Source: the human T2T-CHM13v2.0 reference genome, Homo sapiens
NCBI RefSeq assembly: GCF_009914755.1
Contig: NC_060934.1
DNA length: 64,000 nucleotides
Direction: 5' to 3' (one strand)
Every line of letters begins with the position of its first letter. The first letter of the stretch is position 1. Made by a program: the position numbers and the translations under genes. The notes below the pieces were generated by a model. The model searched no databases. It worked only from the letters and a program-made list of their open reading frames with translations, and had not been told where the DNA came from. This document shows, one piece after another, positions 1 through 12,080 of the stretch.

Positions 1-800
1 GCTGTCTGGCCTGTACCCCAGTCAGGGATACAGCTGAAAAGGAGCATTTTCTGGAGACCCACTGTCCCCCAGAGAGGCTCCCTGAGCTGCTCATCCTTCA
101 TGTCAGCTACTCTGGTGGCTCCCAACTCCTCTCTCAGCATCCTCAGATTATCTGTGGCATGCATGGGATGGGGTGGAGGGAGGAATGGCTGCAAATTCTC
201 AGGCGGAATCTCAGGCATGTTAGGAGAGTTTAGGGCACATACGCGGCTGTGGCCCCTTGAGGTCTGTGAACTTCAGCTTAGGAATCCCAGCTCTAGCTCC
301 TGATTGAATGGTTTGTTTCAAGGCACAGGAATTTGGGGCGTAGGGAGTGGGGAGGATGGGGGAAGGTGTCCCTGACACTGAAGCCCTTCTGTCGAAGGGA
401 CCAAACCAAGGCTTGGCCATCTGTGAGGATGCGTTCTAGATCAAAGCCTCCACTACAAGAGATCCTTCATTTCCCCCAATGCTTGTATGTCCAGATATCA
501 AAGGGAGGTACATGAGCTTGAATTTTGAGGCTCCAGGAGCAGACCCAACTCTTTCTGTCCTATCTCTGGTGCCAAGGCCAAGCCCCAGAGGAAGGCTCAA
601 CAGTGCATGCTGGACCTTGCCATCCACATTGACCTTAACACATCCTCTGCTGCATCTCTGAGGATGATCCTGCCGGCAGAGGTGGGGCAGCCCATGCTGG
701 GTGGGCCACCCAGGGGGTATGGGTGTGGCAGCTTGAGAAGCCACAGCGCAGCCCCACTCAGTTCTATCTGGGACTGCACAGCCTCTGTGTCCTCCTACAG

Positions 801-1189
801 GGGATGGTGGCCTGGTGAACTACCGCATCCTGTCGGGCGCAGAGGGGAAGTTTGAGATTGACGAGAGCACAGGGCTTATCATCACCGTGAATTACCTGGA
901 CTACGAGACCAAGACCAGCTACATGATGAATGTGTCGGCCACTGACCAGGCCCCGCCCTTCAACCAGGGCTTCTGCAGCGTCTACATCACTCTGCTCAAC
1001 GAGCTGGACGAGGCCGTGCAGTTCTCCAATGCCTCATACGAGGCTGCCATCCTGGAGAATCTGGCACTGGGTACTGAGATTGTGCGGGTCCAGGCCTACT
1101 CCATCGACAACCTCAACCAAATCACGTACCGCTTCAACGCCTACACCAGCACCCAGGCCAAAGCCCTCTTCAAGATAGACGCCATCACG
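801..1189 (+). CDS. CDH23: CDH23 exon ~32 (389 bp): (G)DGGLVNYRILSGAEGKFEID...KALFKIDAIT
   Basis: Acceptor cctcctacag|GG; donor ACG|gtgagg; LDYE motif; phase 1 in, phase 0 out. Confidence 0.97.
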
Positions 1190-1298
1190 GTGAGGGGCTG
1201 GGGGCAGGGAGCACCATTTCTTCCAATCTAACCAACATTGGTTGAGCTCCTTCTGTGTGCACAGCACTCTCCTCTTTGTCATAAAATGTCCTTGAGAT

Positions 1299-1466
1299 GG
1301 CCAAGTGTGGTGTTAGGTACCTGTAGTCCCAGCTGCTTGAGAGGCTGGGGCAGGAAGATTGCTTCAGCTCAGGAGTTTGGAGGCTGCAGTGAGCTGCGTT
1401 TGCACCACTGCACTCCAGCCCGGGCAACAGAGTGAGACCTTGTCTCTTACAAAGAAACAAAAAAAA
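1299..1466 (+). mobile_element. Alu monomer (right-arm/FRAM-like)
   Basis: cctgtagtcccagct...cactgcactccagcccgggcaacagagtgagacc, A-rich tail, degenerate target-site duplication (gtcc..gagat). Confidence 0.88.
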
Positions 1467-1544
1467 GTCCCCGAGATCAATATCCCTGTAACACATCCAT
1501 TTTCATATGTAGGAGTAAGATAAAGTTTATACCTATGCAGGCTG

Positions 1545-2437
1545 GTATCCTTCTGTTTTTCCTTCTGTTTTCACACCCATCACAGATCCTTCACCTCTGG
1601 TCATCGAAGTGTGTGTGGGGTTTTCCCCCATTATCGGCAACCAATTATCTGACTCTCTTGACACCAGCTGGGAATCCTATAGTTTGATTTAATTCTGAAC
1701 ATTTCTACCTGGAGTTAGCGTCAGATCCCACAGGCTCACAGCTCAGTCCCTCCCACACACCACGCAATTCTCCAGTAGACACCATAGTGTCAGATCCCAC
1801 AGGTTGAGGGCTCAGTCTCACAAAACTGCCTCCACTTCAGCTGCCAATCACAACCTCTAGGTTGTTTGACCCATGCTTCTGACCAACTGGCTAAATCAGA
1901 GTTCCCACAACCCCCTCCACAAGTTCGATGAATTTGCTAGAGCAGCTTGCAGAACTCAGGGAAACACTTTACTTACTATTACCAAAGTATTATGAAGGAT
2001 AGTCTAAAGGATACCAACAAACAGCTGAATGAAGAGACACACAGAGCAAGGCATGGGAGAAGGGGCCCAGAGCTTCGGTGCCCTCCTCGGACATGCCACC
2101 CTCCAGGCACCCCTACATGTTCAGCAGACTGCAAGCTCTCTGTAGTTCAGGGATGTCTATGGAGGCTTCATCACATAGGTACGATCAATTATTAACTGAA
2201 TCTCCAGCCTCTGTCCTCTTCCTGGAAAGTAAAGGGTGTAGAGGCAGGGCTGAACATTTCAAGCTGTTTATCCTGGCTTGGTCTTTCTGGTGATCAGCCC
2301 CAACCGAGGACCCCACCAAGAGTTGCCTCATTAGAACAAAAGACTCCTATCACCTAGGAAATGCCAGGGGATTAAGAGCTTTGTGCCAGGAACCAGGGAC
2401 AGAGACCAAATGCATATTTCTTATATCACAATGTCAC
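1545..2437. mobile_element. MER21-like LTR
   Basis: ctacctggagttagcgtcagatcccacagg / gagggctcagtc motifs resemble MER21; ends in ...tatcacaatgtcaca; subfamily uncertain. Confidence 0.6.
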
Positions 2438-3053
2438 AGAAAGCTCTGCAAGTCATATTTCCCTTTTCACCTTGGCTGTTAGGAAGCTCAGACATAAATG
2501 CTGGGCTTCATTGCAATAGTTATTCTTAGCTAGTTGTCTGGTACACCAGTCTCTTATCTACTGCCAGGCTCTTACTCCTTCGTCTTTGCTTTAGTGTATC
2601 TTTTATCAGAATTCCTTCTTTGAAAGTAGGCAAGGTGTGAATCACTACAACGTGACAGGCCTTGTCCTAGAGGATACTGGGAACACAAATGGACACAAAG
2701 ATGAACAAGACCCTTCTCAGTCCTCAAAGAGTTCTCAGGCTAGAAGTGGAAATGGAACTAATCCAGGATGCAAATCAGAGCGCCACAAGAAGATGTGCAG
2801 AGAACTACAACAGAGGGGTAGTGGAGCCCCTCAGGGCCCAGCAGTCATACCTGGCTGGGGAAGCAGGAAGGCTTCATGGAAGAGGTGGCTTCCCAGTGGA
2901 ATGTGAGAGAGAAGAAGGAATTCAACAGACAGAGTGTCCTGGGGAAGTTATGCCGGACAGAGGAAGTGACATGGAGGTGGAAAAGTGGGCAGAATGACCA
3001 GGGTTAACAAGGGTGCGATGTTGTCACTCACCCATCTGGCCCCTTCCCTGCAG

Positions 3054-3155
3054 GGTGTGATCACAGTCCAGGGCCTGGTGGACCGTGAGAAGGGCGACTT
3101 CTATACCTTGACAGTGGTGGCAGATGACGGCGGCCCCAAGGTGGACTCCACCGTG
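3054..3155 (+). CDS. CDH23: CDH23 exon ~33 (102 bp): GVITVQGLVDREKGDFYTLTVVADDGGPKVDSTV
   Basis: Acceptor ccctgcag|GGT; donor GTG|gtgagt; DRE motif. Confidence 0.97.
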
Positions 3156-3469
3156 GTGAGTGGGACCAGGGTGAGAGTCCCTCAGGTGCGGCCCATCGCT
3201 GGCCATGACACTTCCTAACCCATGTCCTCGCCAGCCACCCAATGTATGGGCCAGGCAGCGGGCGAGGGTCTTGATAGCCTGAGGCTTCGCCATGTCCAGC
3301 CATGCCACACCTTCCCAGCAGGTTGGGCTAGGATGAGACCTCAGGCAGGTGGAGGGTGGCACCTCCAGAGACACTGCCGGGAGTGGGGTCTGGAAGAGCC
3401 ACAGACGGCTAACCATTTGCATCTTTGCCTTTTCTCTCACTCCCCTCCTGCTGCTGCCTCTGCCTACAG

Positions 3470-3472
3470 AAG
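3470..3472 (+). CDS. CDH23: CDH23 3-nt microexon (AAG, Lys ~1403; exon ~34)
   Basis: CTAAC branch point 3409-3413, long pyrimidine tract, then cctacag|AAG|gtgagt. Including it makes recalled residue numbers (R1502, R1746, R2029) fall on the right codons. Confidence 0.88.
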
Positions 3473-6400
3473 GTGAGTAGCCTGTGGCTGGAGCTTCCCC
3501 TGTGCTGTTGGCTGTGGCCAGTGCTGGCCGGGCTCTGCCTGGCCCTGGACCTTCCCACCTCTCCCAGAGAGAAGGCACGTGGACAGGCCTGCAGCAGGCC
3601 CCCTCCCAGTGCCTCCACTCTCACACCTGAGTTCAGGCCCCTCTGGGGCATGTCCCCTGCCTCCAACTCTGTCCTCTGTGTCTTGCCTAGCCCCGGTAGG
3701 GTCTTGGGTGGGGAGAGTACTAGCAAAGGAGTCACTGGAAGACCACTGAGGGCTCATCCCAGCTCCACTCCTCGATGGCTGTGTGACACAGGCAAGCTGC
3801 TTAACGTCTCTGTGCTTCCCTTCCTCGGGTCTAAAACGAGGGTCATGCCAGCATCCCTGCCATCCTCAGAGGATGAGATGGAAGCAGCAAGAGATTGCAG
3901 GCAGAAAGCCCTTTGTAAGCCAGTCCTGGAAGCAGATGTGACTGCAGTGGGGCTCTGTCCTGATGCCTCAGCTGCTGCATCCATAAAGGGGACCCCCTCC
4001 CTCTCCTGGGGGTTGGTGCAAGTGTGTGGGGTGGGATGCACATTGTGGGGCCTGGGAGCGCTTAGGAAGGGGACCATGGGCACAGGTTGTTTCTCCCTCA
4101 GGACAGCCTCTAAGTAAAGGCAGAGAAGACCATGTGCTGGGCCCCTGGGGGAGGGGGGCCCACTGAGGTCAGAAGAGCCAGACAACGTTCCTAGAAGAGG
4201 CGGCCCGGCCTGAAGGGAGAGGCAGGCAGGGGAGCTCATGCTGGGGTTGCAATGGGAGTGGGTCCAGGGCCAGCTACCTGAGAGAGGTCCATGGGATGGC
4301 ATCCTGTGGTGATCCCAGGACACTCAGCCATCAATCTGGCCTGGACACTGGCCAGTCACATCAGCTACCATCTAGAGACCACCTGGGGCATCAGGCTCCT
4401 CATCAGCCTTGGTTACAGCCACATTGCCACGCCCTGCTGAGTCCCTGTCACATTAACCTAAAAAAGCTAGAAGCCAACTCAGTGTCCAAGCCAAGAGCCA
4501 AACACAATTTCTTGGGGTTCTTGGCCCCAAGGCTCCCTGGAGGTGCCCAGTTCTAGTGGCACTGGTTGTGGCTGGGCCATACCTAAAGGCCCCCTCCATC
4601 CGTGGGGCCAGCCTGGGGGTGAGTGAGGCTGTGATGGGCAAGAAGTCTCCACAGCTCCCCTCAGCTATGCTCCCCAAGGGCAGCCGGTGAGCAGAGCGCT
4701 CGGGCAGTGGGTGCCGAGCCACCTGCGTCCTGCCACTCCCAGCCAAGGGGCAGACACTCAGGGGTAAAGTGGGACCCTCTTACTGAGCCTCACCCTCTTC
4801 ATTCATACAATGGGCCCACCTGGCCCTCACACAGCAGGTGTTGCGAGAAGGCTGGGAGGAGAGGCCAGTGGGAGCCCAAGGGTGGCAGGGATGGAAAGGA
4901 GGTCCCCCTGCGTGGACTGCCAGCCACTTCCTCAGCACGGCTGTTGAGGGCTTCGGAGCACACACTTCTGCCTGTGCCCCTGTATTTCCACAGTGCTTTG
5001 CCCTCTTCCGGTTAGCAGGGCCCACCCCCTTTTGTTCTGCCCTGGCTTCCTCTGAGAGGCTCCCAGGGGCCGCTGCCCCAGATCCACCAGCCCCGGTAGC
5101 CCCAAACACTGTTTGAGGTGCTAGGGTGGAGGCAGAGGAAGGGGCCCTTTAAAGGTGGAAACATTTCCTCTGCTAGGCCGGAACCCAAACCACAGCTCAC
5201 CTCCACCTGGCTCCTCCCTGTCCCCAGCAGACCTGGCCGGCCCCAGAAGGAGTGGTCAGGCAGACCAGAAGGGGCAGGCTGGGTAGGGCATGGCTCTGCT
5301 ATAAGAGCTCTTGAGTAAGTTCAGGCCTTCAGGGGGTAGGGGAGGGCAATGTGGATTGTGAGGCCCTGGGTGAAGACACAGACACCCATCTCATTCCCAT
5401 AGGCCTGGGAACCTGTCCTCCTTCCTCACCCACTGAGGCCAACCCCCTTCCACTGGGAAGTCCAGCAGCCCCCCTCACCCCTGCCTTGCAGCCTCACCAA
5501 GATCAGAGCAGTAGTCATTGTGGGAACACCTGCTGTGTCCCAGGCACTAGGCTGGGTTCAGGTTACAGCAAGAAACCAAAATTAGACATATCCCTTGCCT
5601 TCCTAAGTGTACGATACAGTGAGGGAAAGACATTGATCAAATGATCACAGCAGTAAATGTATGCCCTGAGAGAAAGCCTATAATAAGGTGTCAGGGAACT
5701 AGAAGAGGGCTTCCCTGAGGAAGGGACTCAAGCTGAGAGCGTCAGAATGCATGAGAGTTAACCCAGCCTAAAAAGGAAGAGCATTTCGGGCAGAGGGAAC
5801 GGCAAGCACAAAAGCCCTGTGGTGTGAGGAAACACGGTGAGTCTAAATGAGGCCTTAGCTAGAGTGAGGGGGTTTGGGAGGGATCCGATCACAAGGACCC
5901 TTGTCTGTTTTCACCCTGAGAACAGTGTGATAGGTATTGTTTTTCCCATTTCAAATGGGCGGACTGGGGCTCAGGGACCTCAGGGAACTCCATAGCAAAA
6001 CTCATGACAGATGGGTAGAGTCTTGGCAAGAGAAATCATGAATGTCTGCCAGGCAGGAAGCAGGAACAGGGAAGAGTAGGTGCCACCCCTTCACTTTCTG
6101 TTTGCTCAGTTATTCCTCCCAACAGGTGTCATTCTGATTTTCAGCTGAGGAAATGGAAAATCAGAGAGCTTGAATAACTTTTTCCAAAATCGTGCAGCTC
6201 ATAAGTGGTTGGGTTGGCCTAGCTGCGAAGCCCAGGCTCACTCTCCTATACTTCTGAGAGCTGCCTACAGATAGGGGAGTGTGGCTGGGACTGAGCAGTC
6301 AAACCTGTATAGAAGGAAGAATGACATGGAATTTCCTCTGCAGCATGCACAGGCTTAGCCGGCTCCCCATGAGTCCTGTGCAGAGTCAGCAGGACCTGGG

Positions 6401-6541
6401 AGCCCCTGAACCCCACATGCAGGGAAGCAGAGAATGGGGTCTGGCCTGGGGCAGGGCAGTGGGAGAAGGCCTGTCCTGGGATACCTAAAACCTGAGCTCC
6501 TCCAACCCCCCTCACACCCTCATCAGTGAACCCCTGGGTAC

Positions 6542-6638
6542 CTGTGATTCCAGCCGCAGTGGCCTGTGGCCGTCCGTGGACTGGAGGCCTCACCCGCGGC
6601 AGGCCTTCACTCTCCTGCCTCTCCACAAGAAGCCCGAG
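6542..6638 (-). other. C10orf105: Probable non-coding first exon of the long C10orf105 transcript (antisense, nested in CDH23; coding exon lies left of the window)
   Basis: Minus-strand donor CAG|gtaccc at 6542/6541 and a small CpG patch at 6555-6640. Position matches my recollection of the annotation; the 5' end is approximate. Confidence 0.55.
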
Positions 6639-7311
6639 CCACAGACACAAAACAATATGCTCTTGCGTGCCATTTGTTGCATGCCCGGTTTTTATTTGAC
6701 AGTCAGAAATTCACATGCCTTCCCCATCTGCCCTTCTACCCACTGGAACCAAGCCACCTTGCAGCCCCCTCCTGCTCCTGGGCCCATTTCCTTCCCTCTA
6801 AGCCCAAGGTTGCAAACAAAGACACCTTCGGGCAATATCTGGCCACCAGATGTGTTTTGGACAGCCCACACATAATATTCTTCTCTAAATTTTATTACTC
6901 ATCAGCCAATTTCACTTTAAAATCTAGATTCCTTATTTTTCATGAAAAACAGGAAGCTTTGCTCATGCTAGACCAGCATTCCTAGCCTCCATCCACTTTA
7001 GCCATGGCCTGGCTTTTCAGTTCTCCTGTCCCCACCACCTCTGACAGTCTCCCCACCAGGCCTCTTCCCTTGCCCTCCTAGCCAAGATTTAAGTGTGTCT
7101 ACCTGCCACCCCACACCAATCAGACTGCTAGGAGCCATGGGCCCAGGGCCTCCTTTGTAAAGTCAGGATAGGCTTCGGTGGGCTCTGAGGGTTTGCTGAT
7201 GTTCCAGAACCCACTGGGGATCTGGTCCCTACTGGACCCACGGTGGGACCCAGGTGTTTGGGGCCAAGGAGGGGAAGGAGGCTGTAGGTCTCTGACCACG
7301 TTCACCCTCAG

Positions 7312-7461
7312 GTCTACATCACTGTGCTGGACGAGAATGACAACAGCCCCCGGTTTGACTTCACCTCCGACTCGGCGGTCAGCATACCCGAGGACTGCCC
7401 TGTGGGCCAGCGAGTGGCTACTGTCAAGGCCTGGGACCCTGATGCTGGCAGCAATGGGCAG
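7312..7461 (+). CDS. CDH23: CDH23 exon ~35 (150 bp): VYITVLDENDNSPRFDF...AWDPDAGSNGQ
   Basis: ccctcag|GTC ... CAG|gtgggc; DENDN and AWDPD motifs. Confidence 0.97.
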
Positions 7462-8457
7462 GTGGGCCACCGAGTGAAACAGCCAGGATCCACCATGTCA
7501 GCGGGGCTCCCACAGCTCTCACAGCTGGAGGGGCCTTCTGAGCCACCCCCATCACCAAGCACCAGGTTCTTCCGGTCTCTGCCCCTGCAATCACCCAGTC
7601 TGTGGTCAGGGAGAAGGGACAGAGCTGCCTCAGAGCTATGCAGGCCGGTGGCCCTGCCTGGGTCATGTGGACATGGAGCCCGAAGGCCAGCCAAGGCGCA
7701 ACCCCTCAGTGAAGTTGTTTTCCGGGTAACTCCTTCCCACGCAGCCCCAGCTCCCTGAGAGGACATGCTCGTCCTCTCTCCTGCTTCCTAGGCCCAGCCC
7801 CATGGCAGGAGGCGCTTGCTGTCGCTCCAGGTTTGGACACCCCAGAGTGCAGAGGGAGAAGTGATGAAACCCGCCAGTGTTCACACAGCTTTCATCTGTT
7901 CCGTGCATTAGGCCGTGTGTTTGCGGGTGTTAGCATGGCTTGCATGGTCTAGGGGGTCGAGGGATGCTGGCTTTGGAGACAAAAGTGTGTAGGTTCAGAC
8001 CTCTGGCATTTGCAAGCTGTGTGACCTTGGCTGGTTGTTCCATGTTTCTGAGCCTCCTCTCTGTGAACTGAGAACAGTTGCTTTCTGTCAAGGTTGCCGT
8101 AAGAACCAAGTAGAGTCCAGGTAATGCCGCAGCGTGTGCCCACCCCAGCAGCGTGAGCACAATCCCCTCTACCCTGGGAAGACGTCAGTGCCATGGGACT
8201 CAAGCCCCACTCTTCCAGGCCAGGATACTGATATCTCCTAGCCCCGGAACTTTCCATGGGTGCTACACTACCTCCATGGGCCTGCACCCCCATTTTGAGG
8301 GAGATGAATCACTTCTGCTTAAAACACTGCACTCCCAAAAGCCCTTGCTCAACAGAGGGCCCACGTGGGCAGAGGAGGACCAGGGAGTCCCCCTTGGCTT
8401 GACCTGGCCACCTCTCCTCCACACCTGCTCACCCCTCACCCTCTCTTCTCCCCACAG

Positions 8458-8586
8458 GTGGTCTTCTCCCTGGCCTCTGGCAACATCGCGGGGGCCTTTG
8501 AGATCGTCACCACCAATGACTCCATTGGCGAAGTGTTTGTGGCCAGGCCCCTGGACAGAGAAGAGCTGGATCACTACATCCTCCAG
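8458..8586 (+). CDS. CDH23: CDH23 exon ~36 (129 bp): VVFSLASGNIAG...PLDREELDHYILQ
   Basis: ccccacag|GTG ... CAG|gtgggg; LDRE motif. Confidence 0.97.
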
Positions 8587-9635
8587 GTGGGGCCTGGCCT
8601 CCCTTGGACTGAGAGACCACTGGCTAAGTGCCTAGACCGGTCACTACTCTCCATCCAGGAGAGAGCCTGTCCATCAGCACACTCTGGTGGTCAGTGCCCC
8701 TGCTGTCACCAAGTAACATGGGGCCAGCTGCACCCATCGGGGCCAAGAGCACAGTGAGGCTGACCCAGGATAGGGAAACCTGGGAGGGACCTTAGATACC
8801 CAGGAGGAGGTAGTTGAGGTGTCTTCCCCTGCTGTAAGAGCCAGGAGGATGAGGGAGAGCCTGGTGGAGCTGGGAGAGCCCCAGCTCTTCTACAAATACA
8901 GTGTGGCCTTGGACAGGTTATTAACTCTGGGCCTCATTTTCCCCACCTATGCAATGTACAAAAAAATCCCCGTCTGGCCTGCCCTGTGGAGGGAAGAAGC
9001 AAGTGCAGGCTTGAGGAGCCACGAAGGCTATCATTATTGCAGAATGGCCATGGCTGGGATGTTTGCCAAGGGCTTTCTGGGAACCTCAGGACTGCGCTTC
9101 TGCAGAGGGCTCAGCTCCTGCAGCACTTATGACTGCATCAAGGCTCCCAGGAACAGGCTCAGCCATAGGGCGCCAGCTCATTGCTTATAATATTACTTGA
9201 GGCTCTTTTCCCGTTTGCCAGAGATCATGGGACAGAGTGCGTGGGACAGAGGCCTTTGAAGCTAAAGACAGGAGCCTTGGGTCAGGTTGCAGGCCCAGGG
9301 TCATGGTCAAAGGCTGGCACAGCCCAGAATACAGTCAGAGGTAGGTCAGGAGGTCAAGGCTTGGGTACATGTTAATCAGATTCCAAACGAGGATCCCAAG
9401 TCAGACGACGATTGGGCAAGAATCATTTGCAGCATGGGGCAGAAGGTGAAGGCTTTGGGGAGAGCCCAGGGCTGGCCGGGAGAGCCCAGGGCTGGCCAGG
9501 CCACCCAGGGGTTCTCAGTGAGTCTCTTTGCCCTCCCAAATGCTCCCCACTGATTGCACAGCCCTTTTGGACTCCATATTCCCAATCCTGCCCGCCACGC
9601 TTTAGCCCTGACTCCAGTTGCCCTCCTCCTTGCAG

Positions 9636-9764
9636 GTTGTGGCTTCTGACCGAGGCACCCCTCCACGGAAGAAGGACCACATCCTGCAGGTGACCATCCT
9701 GGACATCAATGACAACCCTCCAGTCATCGAGAGCCCCTTTGGATACAATGTCAGTGTGAATGAG
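9636..9764 (+). CDS. CDH23: CDH23 exon ~37 (129 bp): VVASDRGTPPRKKDHILQVTILDINDNPPVIESPFGYNVSVNE
   Basis: ccttgcag|GTT ... GAG|gtgagg; DINDNPP motif; translated by hand because this frame is not in the ORF track. Confidence 0.97.
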
Positions 9765-10507
9765 GTGAGGGCAGCCCCGGGGCCCATATAGCTGGACATA
9801 CGGGGGGACCGTGGGCACGAGCCAACCATGCAGCCCCTGTTTAAATGTCTGCCTGGCCCACTGGTCCCTCAGATCTCATGGATGGGAACTGTGGCTCATT
9901 CGTAGTGATAGCCCTAACGCCTAGCCTGGATCCTAGAATGCAGTATCTTTTTGGAGTAGAGGAGAAGAGAAAAGAGAAAAAGAAGAAAGTTGCCTTTCAC
10001 CAGACAGGAAACTGAGGTTTACCCCGGGAGCTTGCTTTTTTAAAAAATGTATTTATTATTCAGCCCTAAGACTGAGCCACTCCAATCTGCCCTGGCATTG
10101 CTGGGTATCATGCTAGGTTGGACGTTCATGAAGGCAGGATGACATGTGGCCAGAGTCTAGCTCTCAGGCCAGACTCCCTCACTTCAGCCCACTGATTGGC
10201 TGTGTGGACTTGCACACATTCCTTCCCTGCACCTCAGTTTTCTCTTCTGTAAATGAGGATGATGATGCCAGTACCTAACTCACAGAGTTGGAGAGAGGAC
10301 CCAGTGAGTTAATGCAGGCCCCAGCATATCAGAGGTGCTCACAGAATGTTCGCTGCTATCATCCTTATTATCTCCATCATTGCTCTGGGGTAGATGCAGC
10401 AAAGCTTTTGGGAGGTACAGGGGGAGCCTTCGGGCTACAGGAGCAGGTGCCAGACTGTGCCCCAATGCCTTGAGTCCAGAATGACTGCTCTCCTGCTCTC
10501 CTCCCAG

Positions 10508-10735
10508 AACGTGGGTGGAGGTACTGCTGTGGTCCAGGTGAGAGCCACTGACCGTGACATCGGGATCAACAGTGTTCTGTCCTACTACATCACCGAGGGC
10601 AACAAGGACATGGCCTTCCGCATGGACCGCATCAGCGGTGAGATCGCCACACGGCCTGCCCCGCCTGACCGCGAGCGCCAGAGCTTCTACCACCTGGTGG
10701 CCACTGTGGAGGACGAGGGCACCCCAACCCTGTCG
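10508..10735 (+). CDS. CDH23: CDH23 exon ~38 (228 bp): NVGGGTAVVQVRATDRD...EDEGTPTLS
   Basis: ctcccag|AAC ... TCG|gtgagc; ATDRD and PDRE motifs. Confidence 0.97.
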
Positions 10736-11560
10736 GTGAGCGATGGGGGTGGCCACAGGGAGGAGCGGGTGGGCCAGGGCAGCTCCGCCTCCGAGTGAGG
10801 GGAACAAGATGGGTGAGAATGGAATTCCACACAGCAGGCGAATCCTTGACAACTCCTTTAGTCCATCTGCCTTTAGTCCATCTGCCCAAGATGGCCTCCC
10901 CTTACGGAGGCCTGTTGCGTGCAAAGCTGGGGTGCTAGTTTGGCCTCCCGAGTCTATAGCTACTCAGAAGCTCTGTTTAGTCCTCTTTTCTCTCACAGAG
11001 CAGCTCTATGGGGTGGTACAGGTTGAGCCTCTGTATTGGGGCCTGGCCCAGGGAGCAAGTGGGTATGAATCTAGCCCCCGCTTCACTTGCCCACCTATGC
11101 ACTGTGAGGTCACACCAATGTGCATGGTGGTGTCTTACAGAAAGGGTGCCTCTCTGGCCCTCTTCCCCTACATTGTGTGGTGTGGCATGCTGTCACAACA
11201 CGTCAGGGTGGGAAGGGATTCGTGTCTGTGGTTCACACTAACGCTCGAATGAACAGCACCACTGCCCAAGGCAATGTTCAAAGTTTGCCAGGTGAGGGAA
11301 GGACTTGTGGTCCTCAAGGGCTGGATGGAGATCTCTAGGAGCTGATGAGCTGTGTTGGGAGTGGCTTATAAACTGAAAGCAGGGAATTTGGAGTCAGGAG
11401 CACTGTGGCTGGCTGCATGATCTTGAGCAAGTCAGAACCTCTCAGCATATCGCTTTTGTCATCTGCAAAAGGGAGATAATATCTACCTCATAGGTGTTGT
11501 TTGGGGAATCAAATTAGCTCATGTCTGTGGAAGCACTTGGTAAACCATGAGGAGGAAGAG

Positions 11561-12080
11561 GACTGTTATTAGTTCTCTATTGCCACAATAATGCTGCCTT
11601 ACAAACCAAACAAAACAGAGGAGTAAAACAATAACCACATAGTTAGCGCTAATTCTGCAGGCTGGCAATCTGGACATGGCTTAGCCGGGTGGTTCTTCTG
11701 GTCTCAGCTGGGCTTCTGCATTTGTATGTGGGCAGCTGCCTGTCAGCAGGGTGCTATGCTTCTGAGGGTTGGCTCGCCAGCAGCTGGGGTGACAGGGACA
11801 ACTCATCCTCCAGAAGGCTAGCCCGTGCCTGTTCTTATGGGGCTGGAAAGTGTCCAGAAGAGACAGCAGAGGCGTGCAAGGCCTCTTGAGTCCCTGGCTT
11901 GGAACTGGCACAAGGTCACTTCTACCACAATCTGTTGGCCAAAGCAAGTCACAAGGCCAGCCCAGACTCAAGCTATGGGAAAATAAACTCTACCTTCTGA
12001 AGGAATGAGCTACAAAGTCACACTGCAAAGAGTGTGGTTACAAGGAAGGTGAAGAGTTCAGGGACAGTTTTGTAATCTGT
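11561..12080. mobile_element. MLT1 (MaLR) LTR
   Basis: ggaactggcaca..gtcacttctaccac..tctgttggccaaagcaagtcacaaggccagcccaga is typical of MLT1. Confidence 0.7.

Noticed and set aside
9458-9497. Perfect 20-bp tandem duplication (also a 15-bp duplication at ~10855-10885)
   Set aside because: Ordinary slippage events with no supporting functional context.
10280-10924. Long antisense ORFs over CDH23 exons (also 46218-46652, 53383-54013, 59713-60378, 62075-62395)
   Set aside because: Shadow frames produced by GC3-rich codon usage; no independent gene signals.
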